In this document: positions 21,403 through 32,472 of the stretch, one piece after another
How positions within the stretch are numbered: position 1 is the first letter of the stretch
How the letters are laid out: every line of letters begins with the position of its first letter
Assembly: GCA_016839555.1 (NCBI GenBank)
Contig: JAEOUA010000001.1
Coordinates: 246,043-310,042, forward strand
DNA from: Promethearchaeota archaeon
GTDB taxonomy: Archaea; Asgardarchaeota; Lokiarchaeia; Sigyniarchaeales; SOKP01
Length of the DNA: 64,000 bases
Direction: 5' to 3'
Notes under the pieces: model-generated
What the model was told of the DNA's origin: nothing
Databases searched by the model: none
What the model saw: the letters and a program-made list of their open reading frames with translations, nothing else
Position numbers and translations under genes: made by a program

Positions 21403-22620
21403 TTAAATAAGGTGATATTTTTCAGCAATTTCGAGGAACACTTGGGTAAAATATTTCACTTGATCCCAACTGAGATTAAATGTATTAAATTTTATCTCTT
21501 TTGAAATTCCTGGTAATAATCCCAGAATACCGCGCTCTTTAAATTCCTCTCTAAGGAAAAATCCTCTTCTTGAATGCGTTTCCGCCACTTTTTCAAAACA
21601 AGGCGTTTCTATATTTGTTAAAGGATGTTTTTTAGGTAATTTTCCTAATACTTTTAAATCTTTAATTTTTTGGATATTATCTATGACATAATTCGCTTTT
21701 TCAGCTTCTTGTTTCACATATTTTTCTTGAGTGCGTTTCACGATTGTTGGAAAACTTGCCATTAAAGTAATTAACGGGGCTCCATAAACTGGAGGACAGC
21801 CCATAAATGTACAAATTTTATTTGGAAATGACTTATTAGTGAGGTTTCCTTCGATTTTGGAATGAACCATCACATCATCATAATATTTATCTTTAAATCC
21901 TAACAGGCCAATAGGTCCTGAGGCGGCCATAGATTTATGCCCACTACAAGCTAAAAAATCAATGTGAGATTTATTACAATCAATTGGTAGAATCCCTCCT
22001 GAATAAGCAGCATTCAGTAAAAAAGGGATTTTAAATTCTTTACAAATTTCTCCTATTGGTTTAGGATTATTATAGTTTCCATATTTATAATCTACATGAG
22101 TTAAAACGACTAATAAGGGGAGTTCTCCTTCATCTTTTTGTAATTGCTCGATGGCGGCTCGAAAATCTTCACTCTTAAGCTCAAATTCGGGATAACCGGT
22201 ATTTGGAACTTCTTTTACTCGTAAATTATTAGTTTCAATCGCTAAATAAGTTGTATAATGCGATAAGCTGTCTATTATTACTGTTTTTCTCTTAGGAAAT
22301 TTTTCAGATAAAACCTTCATCGCAATCTGTTTAGATTTTCTGGCAGCTGCAGTAGGCATCACATTATCAATATTAAAATAAGTAGCCACATCCTTTAAGA
22401 AATCAACCACGGGAGGATTCTCAATTTTATCAATTCTTCCCTTAAGACAATTATCACAGAGACTATAACCGTCGCCATATGAAATTAATGATTTATATGC
22501 CTCTGGTGTTAAAATCCCACCTCTCTGAATGGGGTGGATATTAATAAATTCTTCATTTACCGTTCTGCTTAAATGAGCATATTTTTGTTTTAACTCATTA
22601 TTGTATTTTAAATCTGTCAA
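21403..22620 (-). CDS. pscS: O-phosphoseryl-tRNA:Cys-tRNA synthase (SepCysS)
   Basis: PIQRGGILT, GDGYSLCDNC, HYTT, SGHKSMAASGPIG. Confidence 0.92.
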   Translation of the reverse strand: MTDLKYNNELKQKYAHLSRTVNEEFINIHPIQRGGILTPEAYKSLISYGDGYSLCDNCLKGRIDKIENPPVVDFLKDVATYFNIDNVMPTAAARKSKQIAMKVLSEKFPKRKTVIIDSLSHYTTYLAIETNNLRVKEVPNTGYPEFELKSEDFRAAIEQLQKDEGELPLLVVLTHVDYKYGNYNNPKPIGEICKEFKIPFLLNAAYSGGILPIDCNKSHIDFLACSGHKSMAASGPIGLLGFKDKYYDDVMVHSKIEGNLTNKSFPNKICTFMGCPPVYGAPLITLMASFPTIVKRTQEKYVKQEAEKANYVIDNIQKIKDLKVLGKLPKKHPLTNIETPCFEKVAETHSRRGFFLREEFKERGILGLLPGISKEIKFNTFNLSWDQVKYFTQVFLEIAEKYHLI

Positions 22621-22767
22621 ATCTTTCCAAAAATGTTTCTAATAGTTATTATTTAAAATAATCCATAAGATTTTAAAATAATTTTTATAATGGATTAAAT
22701 ATAAAAATTTATTGAGTAAAATATCCAAAATTTATAAATTAAAAGAAAAAAAAATTATTAAATGGGA

Positions 22768-23547
22768 TTATTTTGGAAAAACTCTTCCATCAGGGTCGAT
22801 TACTTCATGTATTATTCTTAAATCTTCTTCTGTTGGTGGTGTAGTAGTTCCAATATCTTCTGAAATCTTAAATTTAAAACCGGTTGCTTTTATCACATCT
22901 TCAACCGTGATACCTGGATGAGTAGCAATTAATCTCATAACTTTAGTTTCGGGATCAAAATCAAATAAGCATAAATCAGTTATCACTTTAGAGGGACCCG
23001 TTCCCGGAGATAATCCTTCTTCTTCACGAGCATTGGGACCATATAAATACCCCGGTGTAGTAATAAAATCTACTTTTTCCACAAATCTTCTTGGGCTATG
23101 GCGATCCATGATTATTAACGTTTCCCATGCGAGTGATCCAAAGTCGTTTGCACCCCCTGAACCGGGAAATCTCACTTTGGGGATGTCATAATTATCACCA
23201 ATCATGGTTGAATTCAAATTTCCATATTTATCTATTTGGGCTCCGCCCAAAAAAGCATAGTCTATAAATCCTCTACGCATGGTATCCATTATATCTATTA
23301 GAGTAGTTGTGCATAATGCTTTATGGATCGTTCGTGAATCTCCTACAGATATAGGTAATGTTGGTAATTGTGGAGCAATTCCCCCTGCTTCAAAAAATAT
23401 TACTAAATTTGGAGCATGAGTCTGTTGTGCCAGCATCGCAGCTACTAAAGGCAATCCGGTTCCAACCGCAACGGATTTACCATCTCCTAATTGTCTTGCA
23501 GCAACCACCGCCATTAATTCTCTTAATGTGTAATTTTTTTTCGCCAT
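22768..23547 (-). CDS. CoA-transferase beta subunit (GctB-like)
   Basis: GTGLP, FEAG, GGAQID..GNLNST, PGSGGAND. Confidence 0.9.
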   Translation of the reverse strand: MAKKNYTLRELMAVVAARQLGDGKSVAVGTGLPLVAAMLAQQTHAPNLVIFFEAGGIAPQLPTLPISVGDSRTIHKALCTTTLIDIMDTMRRGFIDYAFLGGAQIDKYGNLNSTMIGDNYDIPKVRFPGSGGANDFGSLAWETLIIMDRHSPRRFVEKVDFITTPGYLYGPNAREEEGLSPGTGPSKVITDLCLFDFDPETKVMRLIATHPGITVEDVIKATGFKFKISEDIGTTTPPTEEDLRIIHEVIDPDGRVFPK

Positions 23548-23554
23548 TTTTTAC

Positions 23555-24568
23555 TCACCTCACAGGAGGTCTTAAAAATTCTAAATCTCTAAGATTATAT
23601 AGTCTCTTAGCTCCTATTTTTGTTAGATATTCATCAAAATCATTAAGACTATATACCCATTCATCTAACCATCTTTCTATAACTTGCGGATCATTATCCC
23701 TTCCTGCGGCTAAATAGTCTTCGGTAAATTGATGATCGAAATAATACTTATAAGGCATGTTTCCTGGGTGGGATCCCCACGGTTGTTCTATAACGGCATC
23801 AACCATATAGAAAGGAATTATAGTTTTTCCAGGGTCAGCTCTTATTTTTTCGTCACTAATCAATTCTTCACATGTTACTATCACTCTTTTAGAAGCTCTT
23901 GCTTGTAAATCATCCTTGACTATATGGCCATCAATTTGAACGTCTCCATACATATCTGCTTTATGAGCGTGTATAATACATACATCTGGGTTAAGTGAAG
24001 GGAGTAATAATACTTTCTCTCCTGTAAATGGACATTTTACTACCTTTCCTGGAGAATGCATCATTGTATCAGTACCTAACATTACTTTAACTGGAATAAA
24101 TGGAACACCCTGAGCGCCAGCTCTTATTCTATATGACATTGCCCCATTAGTATAATCTGCCTTTTTTACCTCTCCGCTTTCAAAAAGCCTTCTCTGAACC
24201 CCAGAAAGGCCTCTTAATTCGAATCCTACTACATATGCTATATCAACATTAGAAACACATCCTCCTGCCATTAATACATCTATATCTTGCACAGCAGTAT
24301 GTCCAGCTACAGATAAATTTTTAATTTTTTGTCTTACAATCTCATAAATTAATGCCATTGGAATCCTTATATGCCCAAATCCTCCAATAGCAATATAATC
24401 TCCATCTTTGACGAATTTTTTGATTGCATCTTTTATTCTCATGCGTTTATCGATTAAAGCACGAGGTTTATTTATTCTTGTCCAATTTCTTATTTCTGTA
24501 GGTGTATTTTTACAAAAGATCTCTCCTGTCCCTTCTTTCAGAATTTTCATTTCAGATATTTTTAACAC
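23555..24568 (-). CDS. CoA-transferase alpha subunit (GctA-like)
   Basis: DGDYIAIGGF, AGAQGVPF, PDV.IIH, PWGSHP. Confidence 0.9.
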   Translation of the reverse strand: MLKISEMKILKEGTGEIFCKNTPTEIRNWTRINKPRALIDKRMRIKDAIKKFVKDGDYIAIGGFGHIRIPMALIYEIVRQKIKNLSVAGHTAVQDIDVLMAGGCVSNVDIAYVVGFELRGLSGVQRRLFESGEVKKADYTNGAMSYRIRAGAQGVPFIPVKVMLGTDTMMHSPGKVVKCPFTGEKVLLLPSLNPDVCIIHAHKADMYGDVQIDGHIVKDDLQARASKRVIVTCEELISDEKIRADPGKTIIPFYMVDAVIEQPWGSHPGNMPYKYYFDHQFTEDYLAAGRDNDPQVIERWLDEWVYSLNDFDEYLTKIGAKRLYNLRDLEFLRPPVR

Positions 24569-24926
24569 CTTTTGTTTATGAATCTTTTCTAAGTATTAAA
24601 ATGAATAATTTCATTAATAAATTTATTTAAAACATTAATTATATTCATAAAGACAATATTTCTTGTCAATATGATAAAATTTTTTAACTTTATAAAAGAA
24701 TTGCTAAGTATTAATGAGATAAGGCATTTAATTATGATTAAATTCAAATACTACTTACTTGTAAGAATAAAAATGAATATTTTTTATTAGATTGCTTATA
24801 ATGAGAAAGATTTACTGTTTAATAACCATTTTCTCGTTATTTTTATTAAGTTTTTTGGAACTTTTAAAAAATATACAAATGGTATATTTAGGATATTATA
24901 TTTACTAAAACAAACTGATTTTAAAA

Positions 24927-25475
24927 ATGCCAATAATTATACCTAGTCCTAGGACGGGAAAAACACCTCAGATTCATGAAAATGTGTTTATTGCTCCTAA
25001 TGCTGTAATTATCGGGGATGTTCATTTAAAGGAGGGCGTAAATGTATGGTTCGGAGCCGTTTTAAGGGCTGAATGGGGCACAATCCAAGTAGGGAAGAAC
25101 ACAAGTATCCAAGAGCATGTAACAATTCATATAGAAGTAGGAAAATCAGCTATAATCGGCTCTGATTGCATTATTGGGCATCATGCGATGATTCATGGAC
25201 CTTGTGAGATTGCAGATGGCTGTTTGGTAGGAATTGGTTCACAAGTATTACATAATTCTAAATTAGGAGAAGGATGCGTACTAGCAGCAGGAGCAGTTTT
25301 GTTAAATAAAGAAATTCCACCTCGAAGTTTAGCAGTCGGTATACCCGCAACTGTTAAAAAAGAAGGAATTTATAGCGGAAAGTTGGAAGGATCAAAAACC
25401 TCAGGGGAATATGCTAAAAACGGGGCTTACTTTAAAAAGTACTTTCAAGATAATCCAGATTCAGTCAATATTTAA
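24927..25475 (+). CDS. Gamma carbonic anhydrase family (left-handed beta-helix)
   Basis: FIAPNAVIIGDV, VWFGAVLR, IGHHAMIHG. Confidence 0.9.
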   Translation: MPIIIPSPRTGKTPQIHENVFIAPNAVIIGDVHLKEGVNVWFGAVLRAEWGTIQVGKNTSIQEHVTIHIEVGKSAIIGSDCIIGHHAMIHGPCEIADGCLVGIGSQVLHNSKLGEGCVLAAGAVLLNKEIPPRSLAVGIPATVKKEGIYSGKLEGSKTSGEYAKNGAYFKKYFQDNPDSVNI

Positions 25476-25544
25476 TCTTTTTCTCTTTTTCCATCGCTTA
25501 AGCCCTTTATATTAAAAGTTTATAGTTGTTATATAACTTCTCTC

Positions 25545-26279
25545 TTAATGAGAGCAAATACACGCATCATTTTTTACCACATCGATTTTATTGAAACTCA
25601 TATCCAGGAGGTTAACCATTAGCAACTTGTTTTCCAAATTTGGCAGCCCTAACACTGTTTTAATTACTTCCAATGCTTCCATAGTACCTAGGATTCCCGG
25701 AGTAGCCCCAAGAACAGGTAAAGGAGATATACTAACTCGTTCAGTTACAGGTTCTGAAAATACACACTGATAGCACGCACTTGTTTTTGGGTCTACAGTA
25801 ATGATCTGACCATAGAAGTCCTTTATTCCCGCTATTACACAATGAATTCCTTTTTGGACCGCAATTCGATTGATTAAAAATTTTGTTTTCATATTATCGC
25901 TACAATCCACAATAAAATCCTTATTTTGGGCATATTTTTGCATAGATTCTTCGGTTACATAATCTTTGTGGGCGTAAATAGATACATTGGAATTTAATGC
26001 GGTTAATCTTTTTTCCGCTATTCGGACCTTATCTTTTTCTATATCTTCTTCCGTATAAAGTATTTGACGGTGTAGATTTGATAAGGAGATGGTATCATTA
26101 TCAATTATAGTAAGTTCTCCGATACCTGCTGCTACTAAATAAAATGCGCACGATGATCCGAGTCCACCGGCTCCAATTTGAAGGACTTTAGTTTGTGATA
26201 ATTTTTCTTGCCCCTCTTCTCCAATAGATTTCGAAATTATTTGTCTTGAATACCTTTCTTTTTCTTTTTCATTTAACAT
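25545..26279 (-). CDS. ThiF/MoeB (E1-like) adenylyltransferase
   Basis: RYSRQ, GAGGLG, SNLHRQ, CYQC. Confidence 0.92.
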   Translation of the reverse strand: MLNEKEKERYSRQIISKSIGEEGQEKLSQTKVLQIGAGGLGSSCAFYLVAAGIGELTIIDNDTISLSNLHRQILYTEEDIEKDKVRIAEKRLTALNSNVSIYAHKDYVTEESMQKYAQNKDFIVDCSDNMKTKFLINRIAVQKGIHCVIAGIKDFYGQIITVDPKTSACYQCVFSEPVTERVSISPLPVLGATPGILGTMEALEVIKTVLGLPNLENKLLMVNLLDMSFNKIDVVKNDACICSH

Positions 26280-26540
26280 TCTAAAAATTCCTTTTAATTC
26301 TTTAAATTATGGCATCTAATATAATCTATATGTTTTAAATTACTTTTGAATAAACTAAATCAATTAATAAATAGCGTTTATATTAATTTTATTTTAACGG
26401 TTTTTTCTGATTACTTTTAATTATTTGATATTATTTTTATTTAGAAGACAAGAATACCACTTTTCTTCTAAATAATGAATCTATTAAATTTATGGAATCT
26501 AATAAGAAGGAGAATTTACTATATTTTAAAATAGGTGGTA

Positions 26541-26744
26541 TTATTTGTTATTAAAAGCTTTTGTACCGTTAAAACTTCTTGTTCTAGTATTCCAAGAGGG
26601 ACTTCTTAATTTTGTGGTTCTACCAAACCCGCAGCTCGCACAATATCCTTTCCTTCTATGGAATGAATGGTTCCCACAACGTCGACAAGTAGTATGTGTT
26701 GCTGTTTTATTTTTCTTTCCTTTACTAGCGGTTCCTTTTCCCAT
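26541..26744 (-). CDS. rpl37e: 50S ribosomal protein L37e
   Basis: [18 protein letters not shown]...YCASCGFG. Confidence 0.95.
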   Translation of the reverse strand: MGKGTASKGKKNKTATHTTCRRCGNHSFHRRKGYCASCGFGRTTKLRSPSWNTRTRSFNGTKAFNNK

Positions 26745-26758
26745 ATTAAATCCCCCCT

Positions 26759-27079
26759 TTAATATCCCTCTTCATCTGGTTCTTCTTGATATCTAATCTT
26801 TCTTTTCCCTTCATCCTCATCAATATCTCCAGTAAATAGTAATTTCTCACGATCTTGTCCAATAAATATAATTGATGCTCCCCGAATCATGACAGTACCA
26901 AGGGCTTTGCTTCGTTTACCCCCTCTCCCAAAATAGATCTCTTTGGCATCTTCAACGATTAAATTCATATAGTTATCGAATTTTACTAATTTTCCCGTGA
27001 GGTAGGTATTCCATATTTTCAGTTTTATACGCACTTTTTCCTTTAAAATTGCCTTGCTCAATGTTCGAGAAATTGCCAC
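26759..27079 (-). CDS. Lsm/Sm-like RNA-binding protein
   Basis: G.L..FD.YMNLIV and IRG motifs; adjacent to rpl37e as in many archaea. Confidence 0.88.
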   Translation of the reverse strand: MAISRTLSKAILKEKVRIKLKIWNTYLTGKLVKFDNYMNLIVEDAKEIYFGRGGKRSKALGTVMIRGASIIFIGQDREKLLFTGDIDEDEGKRKIRYQEEPDEEGY

Positions 27080-27594
27080 GTGTCAGAACCTTTTGTTTAT
27101 GATAAAAAAGATTAAACTTTGAAATGAGTTAGTATTACTAAATATTTGTGGTTTATTAATTTTACACTTTATGAGTTTGATGAGAAAGATTATTCTTTCT
27201 TGATTATATTGAATATTGATTCTTTTAAGCCTTTGAAGAAGCCACAGACTTTTTCGGCTATTGCTCGACATCTGCGCAAGTAATACAAGATATTTCTTTG
27301 CATCAATTAATCGGGTGTATAGTACTGGAAGGAACATTTTTAAATTTATTATGAAGATCATAAGTAAGTAATAAATTTTATATCACACTTATCCTCAAAA
27401 ATGATAAATGGATTCTCTTTAATTTGCTATTTACAAAACGTTTTAATTCTTTTAATCTATAAGAAAGCATATCATTAAAAATAATAAGATATAACCAAGT
27501 TAAATTATCATCATCTCTATGATTATTCATTATTTTTTTAAATTTTAAAAGATTTTATATTAAAGAACGCTTAAAATAGGATGGGGTAAAAAAA

Positions 27595-28632
27595 TTGAAA
27601 AAGATCGCAATTATAGACGCTTGTGTGGATACGCCCGAAGAAATCATACTTGCGGGAGACTTAGATGCTTATAGACTTTTTGGAGATCCTTCTATAGCCC
27701 CTACTACTGCGGATGAACATGTTCCTGCGTCTCACTGTGTATGGACACGAAATATTTTAGAGCAAGGATTAAGGGGCCTACCTAATGATATTGTAGGCTT
27801 GGTATCAACGCATGGATGTGACTGTACAAATCGTCAATTTGATATCTGGTTAGATACCGTTGATTTAGATTTTATGTATTTTTTGAATTCTCCATTGAAA
27901 AGAGACCAAACAGCGAAAGACTTTTTTATTCAAGATATGAAAGAGTTAATCAGACAATTAGAAGACCATTTTAATATTGAAATTACTGACCAAAAATTAA
28001 GAGAACAAATTGTATTAATGAATAAAATTCGCAGAAAACTCAAAGAACTCTCCGAATATAGAACTAAAATGATGTTGAAATTCTCAGAATTACATCAATT
28101 AATAAAATCGACCTTGACGACCGATAAAACTCACGCTTTACAAATGTTGAATGAAAAATTAGAGGAGCTAAAAACCAGGGAATCATTTTCGGATGAAAGT
28201 TTAAAGCATGTATTATTAACGGGATCCGTAATTGATGATAATTCATTCGTAAAAAATATTGAAAATGCCGGCTTTCATATTGTTATAGATGATATGTGTA
28301 TAGGAACGCATTATTTTTGGAATACAATGGATGAATCGGGCGATCCTCTGGAAGCGATCGCGAACTATCATTTTGAAAAACCCATTTATTCTACAAAAGT
28401 TCCCTCTCATCAAAGGTTTAAGTTCATAGAAAGCCTCATTGATAAATATCAAGTGGACGGAGTTATCAATATCGCGCAGAAATTTTGTGAATCAATTCTC
28501 TATGATCATCCTTTCCTGAGCGATAAATTTAGACAGAATAAGATGCCATATCTATTTGTAGAAAAAGAATATAATCGGGAAGCATACAAACAACTCTCAA
28601 CCAGGTTTGATGCGTTTGCCGAAATAATTTAA
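27595..28632 (+). CDS. 2-hydroxyacyl-CoA dehydratase / benzoyl-CoA reductase family subunit
   Basis: PEEIILA, HGCD, KFCE, TRFDAFAE. Confidence 0.85.
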   Translation: MKKIAIIDACVDTPEEIILAGDLDAYRLFGDPSIAPTTADEHVPASHCVWTRNILEQGLRGLPNDIVGLVSTHGCDCTNRQFDIWLDTVDLDFMYFLNSPLKRDQTAKDFFIQDMKELIRQLEDHFNIEITDQKLREQIVLMNKIRRKLKELSEYRTKMMLKFSELHQLIKSTLTTDKTHALQMLNEKLEELKTRESFSDESLKHVLLTGSVIDDNSFVKNIENAGFHIVIDDMCIGTHYFWNTMDESGDPLEAIANYHFEKPIYSTKVPSHQRFKFIESLIDKYQVDGVINIAQKFCESILYDHPFLSDKFRQNKMPYLFVEKEYNREAYKQLSTRFDAFAEII

Positions 28633-28642
28633 GTGGTGAAAT

Positions 28643-29902
28643 ATGACAACTCAAGAAGAACCAATACGACGAAAAGTATTGGATGCAACAATGGGCTTGA
28701 AAAATATTATGGGCCGTCACTATCTTGCTGTTGAGCAAGCTTATAGAGATGGTAAGCCAACTGCATGGGCAACCTCTGGGACTCCTGTAGAACTTTTATA
28801 TGCGATGGATGTACAACCCATGTTGCCAGAAAATTCGGCGACAATTTCAGCTGCCCAACATTTTTCTAAAGATTTCATTGAAACAGCTGAAGAGCAAGGA
28901 TTTTCCTATGATTTATGCTCGTATTTTAAAACCAATATTGGAGCTGTTGCAAACAAGGCTGATATGTTAAAGGGAGGTACCAGAAAACCTACTTTTATGC
29001 TTTCGAGTGATGTGATCTGTGATACTCACGTTGATTGGTTTCAAACGCAAGCGGAACGTATGAATGTTCCTCATTTTATTATTGATGTACCGCATATAGT
29101 TAGTAATACAAATCAGAGACAATACGAGTATTACAAAAAATATGTCAGCAAGCAACTTTGGGAATTTATGGAGTTTGTAGAAGAAATCACGGGGCATGAA
29201 ATAAATATGGAGAAAGCAAAAGAAGTGGCTAAAAACTCTTATGAATTAGGAATTCTCTGGCAAGATATCTTTGAACTTAGAAAGAATATCCCGTGTCCCG
29301 TCTCTACACGAGATACATTTGGGGGTCTTTTTCCCCTCTTTACAATGACCGGACTTAAAGCCCCAATCCGCCTTTATAAACGAATGTATAAAGAAGCTAA
29401 AGATAGAGTAGAGAATGGAATTGGTGCGTTGAGAGAGGAGAAATTTCGGCTTGCCTTCGAAGGAATCCCTTTCTGGTATAATCTAAAATTCTTTTCCAAA
29501 TTGGAGCAATGGGGAGCCATAATAGTATATGAAACTTATACTTATGCGTTCAGCAAATATGTGAATCCCAATATTACAAGAGACATGGTACTGAATCAAC
29601 CTATTGAAGCAATGTCAGAATTAATGCTTAAATTTTGGTATATTTATGATTTACAAACAAGAATAAAAAAATATAAGGAAATGGTTGATGATTGGAAAGT
29701 AGATGGGGTTTTGCTCCATAATAATATGTCATGTCGACCAAATTCATGTGGACTTTATGATTTAAAACGCCACTTACAAGAGGATTATGATATCCCATGC
29801 TTAATAATAGATTGTGATATGAATGATCCCAGAAAAATGAATGAGACGCAAATTGAAAATAAATTATCCAGCTTTTTCGAAATTTTGGAAGAACGAAAAT
29901 AA
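28643..29902 (+). CDS. 2-hydroxyacyl-CoA dehydratase family subunit
   Basis: PEN, DLCSY, ICD, DGVLLH..SCRP, DMNDPR. Confidence 0.87.
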   Translation: MTTQEEPIRRKVLDATMGLKNIMGRHYLAVEQAYRDGKPTAWATSGTPVELLYAMDVQPMLPENSATISAAQHFSKDFIETAEEQGFSYDLCSYFKTNIGAVANKADMLKGGTRKPTFMLSSDVICDTHVDWFQTQAERMNVPHFIIDVPHIVSNTNQRQYEYYKKYVSKQLWEFMEFVEEITGHEINMEKAKEVAKNSYELGILWQDIFELRKNIPCPVSTRDTFGGLFPLFTMTGLKAPIRLYKRMYKEAKDRVENGIGALREEKFRLAFEGIPFWYNLKFFSKLEQWGAIIVYETYTYAFSKYVNPNITRDMVLNQPIEAMSELMLKFWYIYDLQTRIKKYKEMVDDWKVDGVLLHNNMSCRPNSCGLYDLKRHLQEDYDIPCLIIDCDMNDPRKMNETQIENKLSSFFEILEERK

Positions 29903-30061
29903 TTTACTTTTTTCTTAAAATAATATTTTTTCTTCTTCTTACTTAATATCTTATCTATTTTTTATAATTTTGATTAAGACTAATTTTTGAATAAGATTTA
30001 CTAAGATAAAAAAATGAAATTTATGAGATAATTTATAAAAATCTCAGAACCTATATTATCT

Positions 30062-30514
30062 TTATATCAAAATATTCTTTCTATTACTATTCAAGGTTTT
30101 AATAAATGTATTTATCTCAGAATTGAAATCTTCCCATATTGTTGGTAAATTTTCTGCGAGTGGAATTAATTTTTCTTTTTCTAATTTAACGCCATAACCA
30201 TGAGTAAAAAAGTGGCGAAATGCGAGATATTCATTTAATTTATTTGAGAGTTCTTTACTAATTATATTTTTATCAACGGATAAATCTAATAAATCTTTAT
30301 GCCAAGATTTTGAGGAAGGAATAGATATCCCTTTAAATTTTAAAATTCTTTTAAGAGAATTTTCTATACCACTATATGTATTTTGGAGAAATGTAGCGAT
30401 AGCTGCTAATTCTATGATGGTCATTTCCCTCCGTTTCATTGCTTCTTCTAAAGCATCAAGAGTTGTTTCCATTTGCTCTTTTTCAGCTTCTATTTCATTG
30501 ATAAATCTATCCAT
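30062..30514 (-). CDS. HEPN-domain toxin (HepT-like)
   Basis: RHFFTHGY (Rx4H) motif; overlaps the MNT gene. Confidence 0.85.
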   Translation of the reverse strand: MDRFINEIEAEKEQMETTLDALEEAMKRREMTIIELAAIATFLQNTYSGIENSLKRILKFKGISIPSSKSWHKDLLDLSVDKNIISKELSNKLNEYLAFRHFFTHGYGVKLEKEKLIPLAENLPTIWEDFNSEINTFIKTLNSNRKNILI

Positions 30515-30773
30515 AAATTTTGATACTATTTTCTTTAATTAATTCATTAAATAAGGATTTATGTGATAAATCGATAAGATCTACAGGTTTTGGAAGATTT
30601 CTTATTAATTCCCCATAAAATTTAAAAAAAGAACTTGGTTTAATACCTTTCACAGCAAGATCTATATCGTTATAATCATGTTGATTTAAGGCAGACCCAA
30701 ATAAATAAACTGAAGAAACGGAATATTTTTTCGCATAATGGATAATAATTTCTTTTTCGGTTTCACTTATCAT
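30507..30773 (-). CDS. Minimal nucleotidyltransferase antitoxin (MNT)
   Basis: YLFGS...NDIDLAV...PVDLIDL. Confidence 0.88.
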   Translation of the reverse strand: MISETEKEIIIHYAKKYSVSSVYLFGSALNQHDYNDIDLAVKGIKPSSFFKFYGELIRNLPKPVDLIDLSHKSLFNELIKENSIKIYG

Positions 30774-30966
30774 ATTAGAAGAATTCTTTGTTGAAATTTA
30801 AAATCATGATAATAGAAATTTCTAATCTTATAAATAAATGATATATTTCTTAAAAAAATCTTTATCTCTTTTTAATGAATCATTTTTTTTTAAATTCCGA
30901 CCAATTTTCAAGTTTGTTTACTAATTCATCATTATCAAATTCTAAAGTATCAAAAAATTTTTAATT

Positions 30967-31079
30967 AAAGAAATGGTTAATGAGTGGAATGTGATATGAA
31001 CGATCCTCGAAAGATGAATGAAACGCAAATAGAAAATAAATTGAGTAGCTTTTTTGAGATATTAAAACAGCGAAAATAA
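30967..31079 (+). pseudogene. Degenerate duplicate of the 3' end of gene 28643..29902
   Basis: Encodes KEMVNEW, then after a deletion DMNDPRKMNETQIENKLSSFFEILKQRK*, matching the dehydratase C-terminus. Confidence 0.85.
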
Positions 31080-31083
31080 TGAG

Positions 31084-31524
31084 TTAAAATAGTTCTTTCA
31101 TCATCTTTTCAATTATCTCATTAAATGGCTCAAATTGGGATACTTCAGCATAACTTTTATGATGATATTGAGATTTAAATTCCATAAGAATCTTTTCTAA
31201 AAAAGGCTTTATCTCTTTTTCAGTTATTTTATCAAAACCCTTTTTTTTATCTAAAATCAAGTAAGCATAAATATCTAATTCTAAATTTTGCTTATTGATA
31301 ATTTTACTTTTATTAAACATAATAAACTTGGTTCCACTTTCAAAATATTCTACTAATGAATCAAATTTTTCTGCAAAAGCTAAGATACTCGATATATATG
31401 CAGATTTTGAAATATTATTTTTATCTCGAAGCTCTTCAGTAAGATTTTTATCAGAGATCTCCTCAAAACTCCTGCAAATTACCGGAATGCCTCCAATTAT
31501 GATTCCTATTTCACTGATTTTCAT
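31084..31524 (-). CDS. Probable longin-like domain protein
   Basis: IGIII.GIPV.CRSF start, central helix, and L..F...Y....F..F..II ending resemble longin folds. Confidence 0.5.
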   Translation of the reverse strand: MKISEIGIIIGGIPVICRSFEEISDKNLTEELRDKNNISKSAYISSILAFAEKFDSLVEYFESGTKFIMFNKSKIINKQNLELDIYAYLILDKKKGFDKITEKEIKPFLEKILMEFKSQYHHKSYAEVSQFEPFNEIIEKMMKELF

Positions 31525-31756
31525 TTTAAAAATTCGATTCCTAATTATAAATAGAATAATATAACATTTTATTTATTTATCTTTTGAAAAAAATACATTC
31601 CATTTTTGAATAAAGGTAAAAATTATCAAAATAAATAATTCAATTAAAAAATTTTGATTAAAAGTGGTTTTTTAGACAGTTTTTTATAGTTGTAACATAA
31701 AGAAACCATTTATTTGAAAGAAAATCTTAAATTTTATGTTTATAGTAATTATCTAA

Positions 31757-32104
31757 TTAGTTTGAGATCCGAATCTGAGAATTAGGAGTTACAATAAGAT
31801 AATTTTTCCCTAATCTTCCCATAGAGCCCCCGTATTCACTAATAAATGCTTTTATTTCATCAATTACTTCTTTAAACTCCAAAATCTTGATATTTCCGCC
31901 TTTTAAAATTTTATTAACATTTATTATCAATATTTTCCGGCTCCTCAAATGATTTTTGATATCATTGATTTGTTCTAAAGACCTTAATTCATATTTTTTA
32001 ATAAAAAAGTCTTTCATGACTGAATCAAATTCGCTTGAAAACCCAAGTGTCTTTTTGGGAGACTCTAATAATTCTTCATCGTCTTTTTTCCCAAATAATT
32101 TCAT
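31757..32104 (-). CDS. sepF: Cell division protein SepF (archaeal type)
   Basis: ILIINV...IDEIK....YGGSMGRLG.NYLIVTP. Confidence 0.75.
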   Translation of the reverse strand: MKLFGKKDDEELLESPKKTLGFSSEFDSVMKDFFIKKYELRSLEQINDIKNHLRSRKILIINVNKILKGGNIKILEFKEVIDEIKAFISEYGGSMGRLGKNYLIVTPNSQIRISN

Positions 32105-32472
32105 GATTATTTAATCTAAAAATATTGTAATTTTATGTGCTAATATTTTAACTATTTCGATTTTATTTAAATTATCATTATATTTGGATGATACATTAAT
32201 AATATGTCTGTATTATTCGACTACTACCATTTTCTTTTTAATCAAGCACGTTTTATTTTAATTCTGGAATAAGCCTTTTATTCAAATATACTCTTTTTGC
32301 TATTATTCTTTCTCCGATTAATACAGATTTTATGAATTATTACTTCTAAATTATAAATAGCTTGAAACATAATTATTTAATATCAATAATCATATTAAAA
32401 ATAATAAAATTAATTAGAAAAAAATTGATTAGAGAAAAATAGATAAAAATAAAATAGGTAAAAGATTACAAT

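Noticed and set aside
27083-27361. 92-aa ORF or possible ncRNA upstream of the Lsm gene
   Set aside because: The peptide looks random and no convincing structure or known RNA motif was found in the slightly GC-richer stretch.
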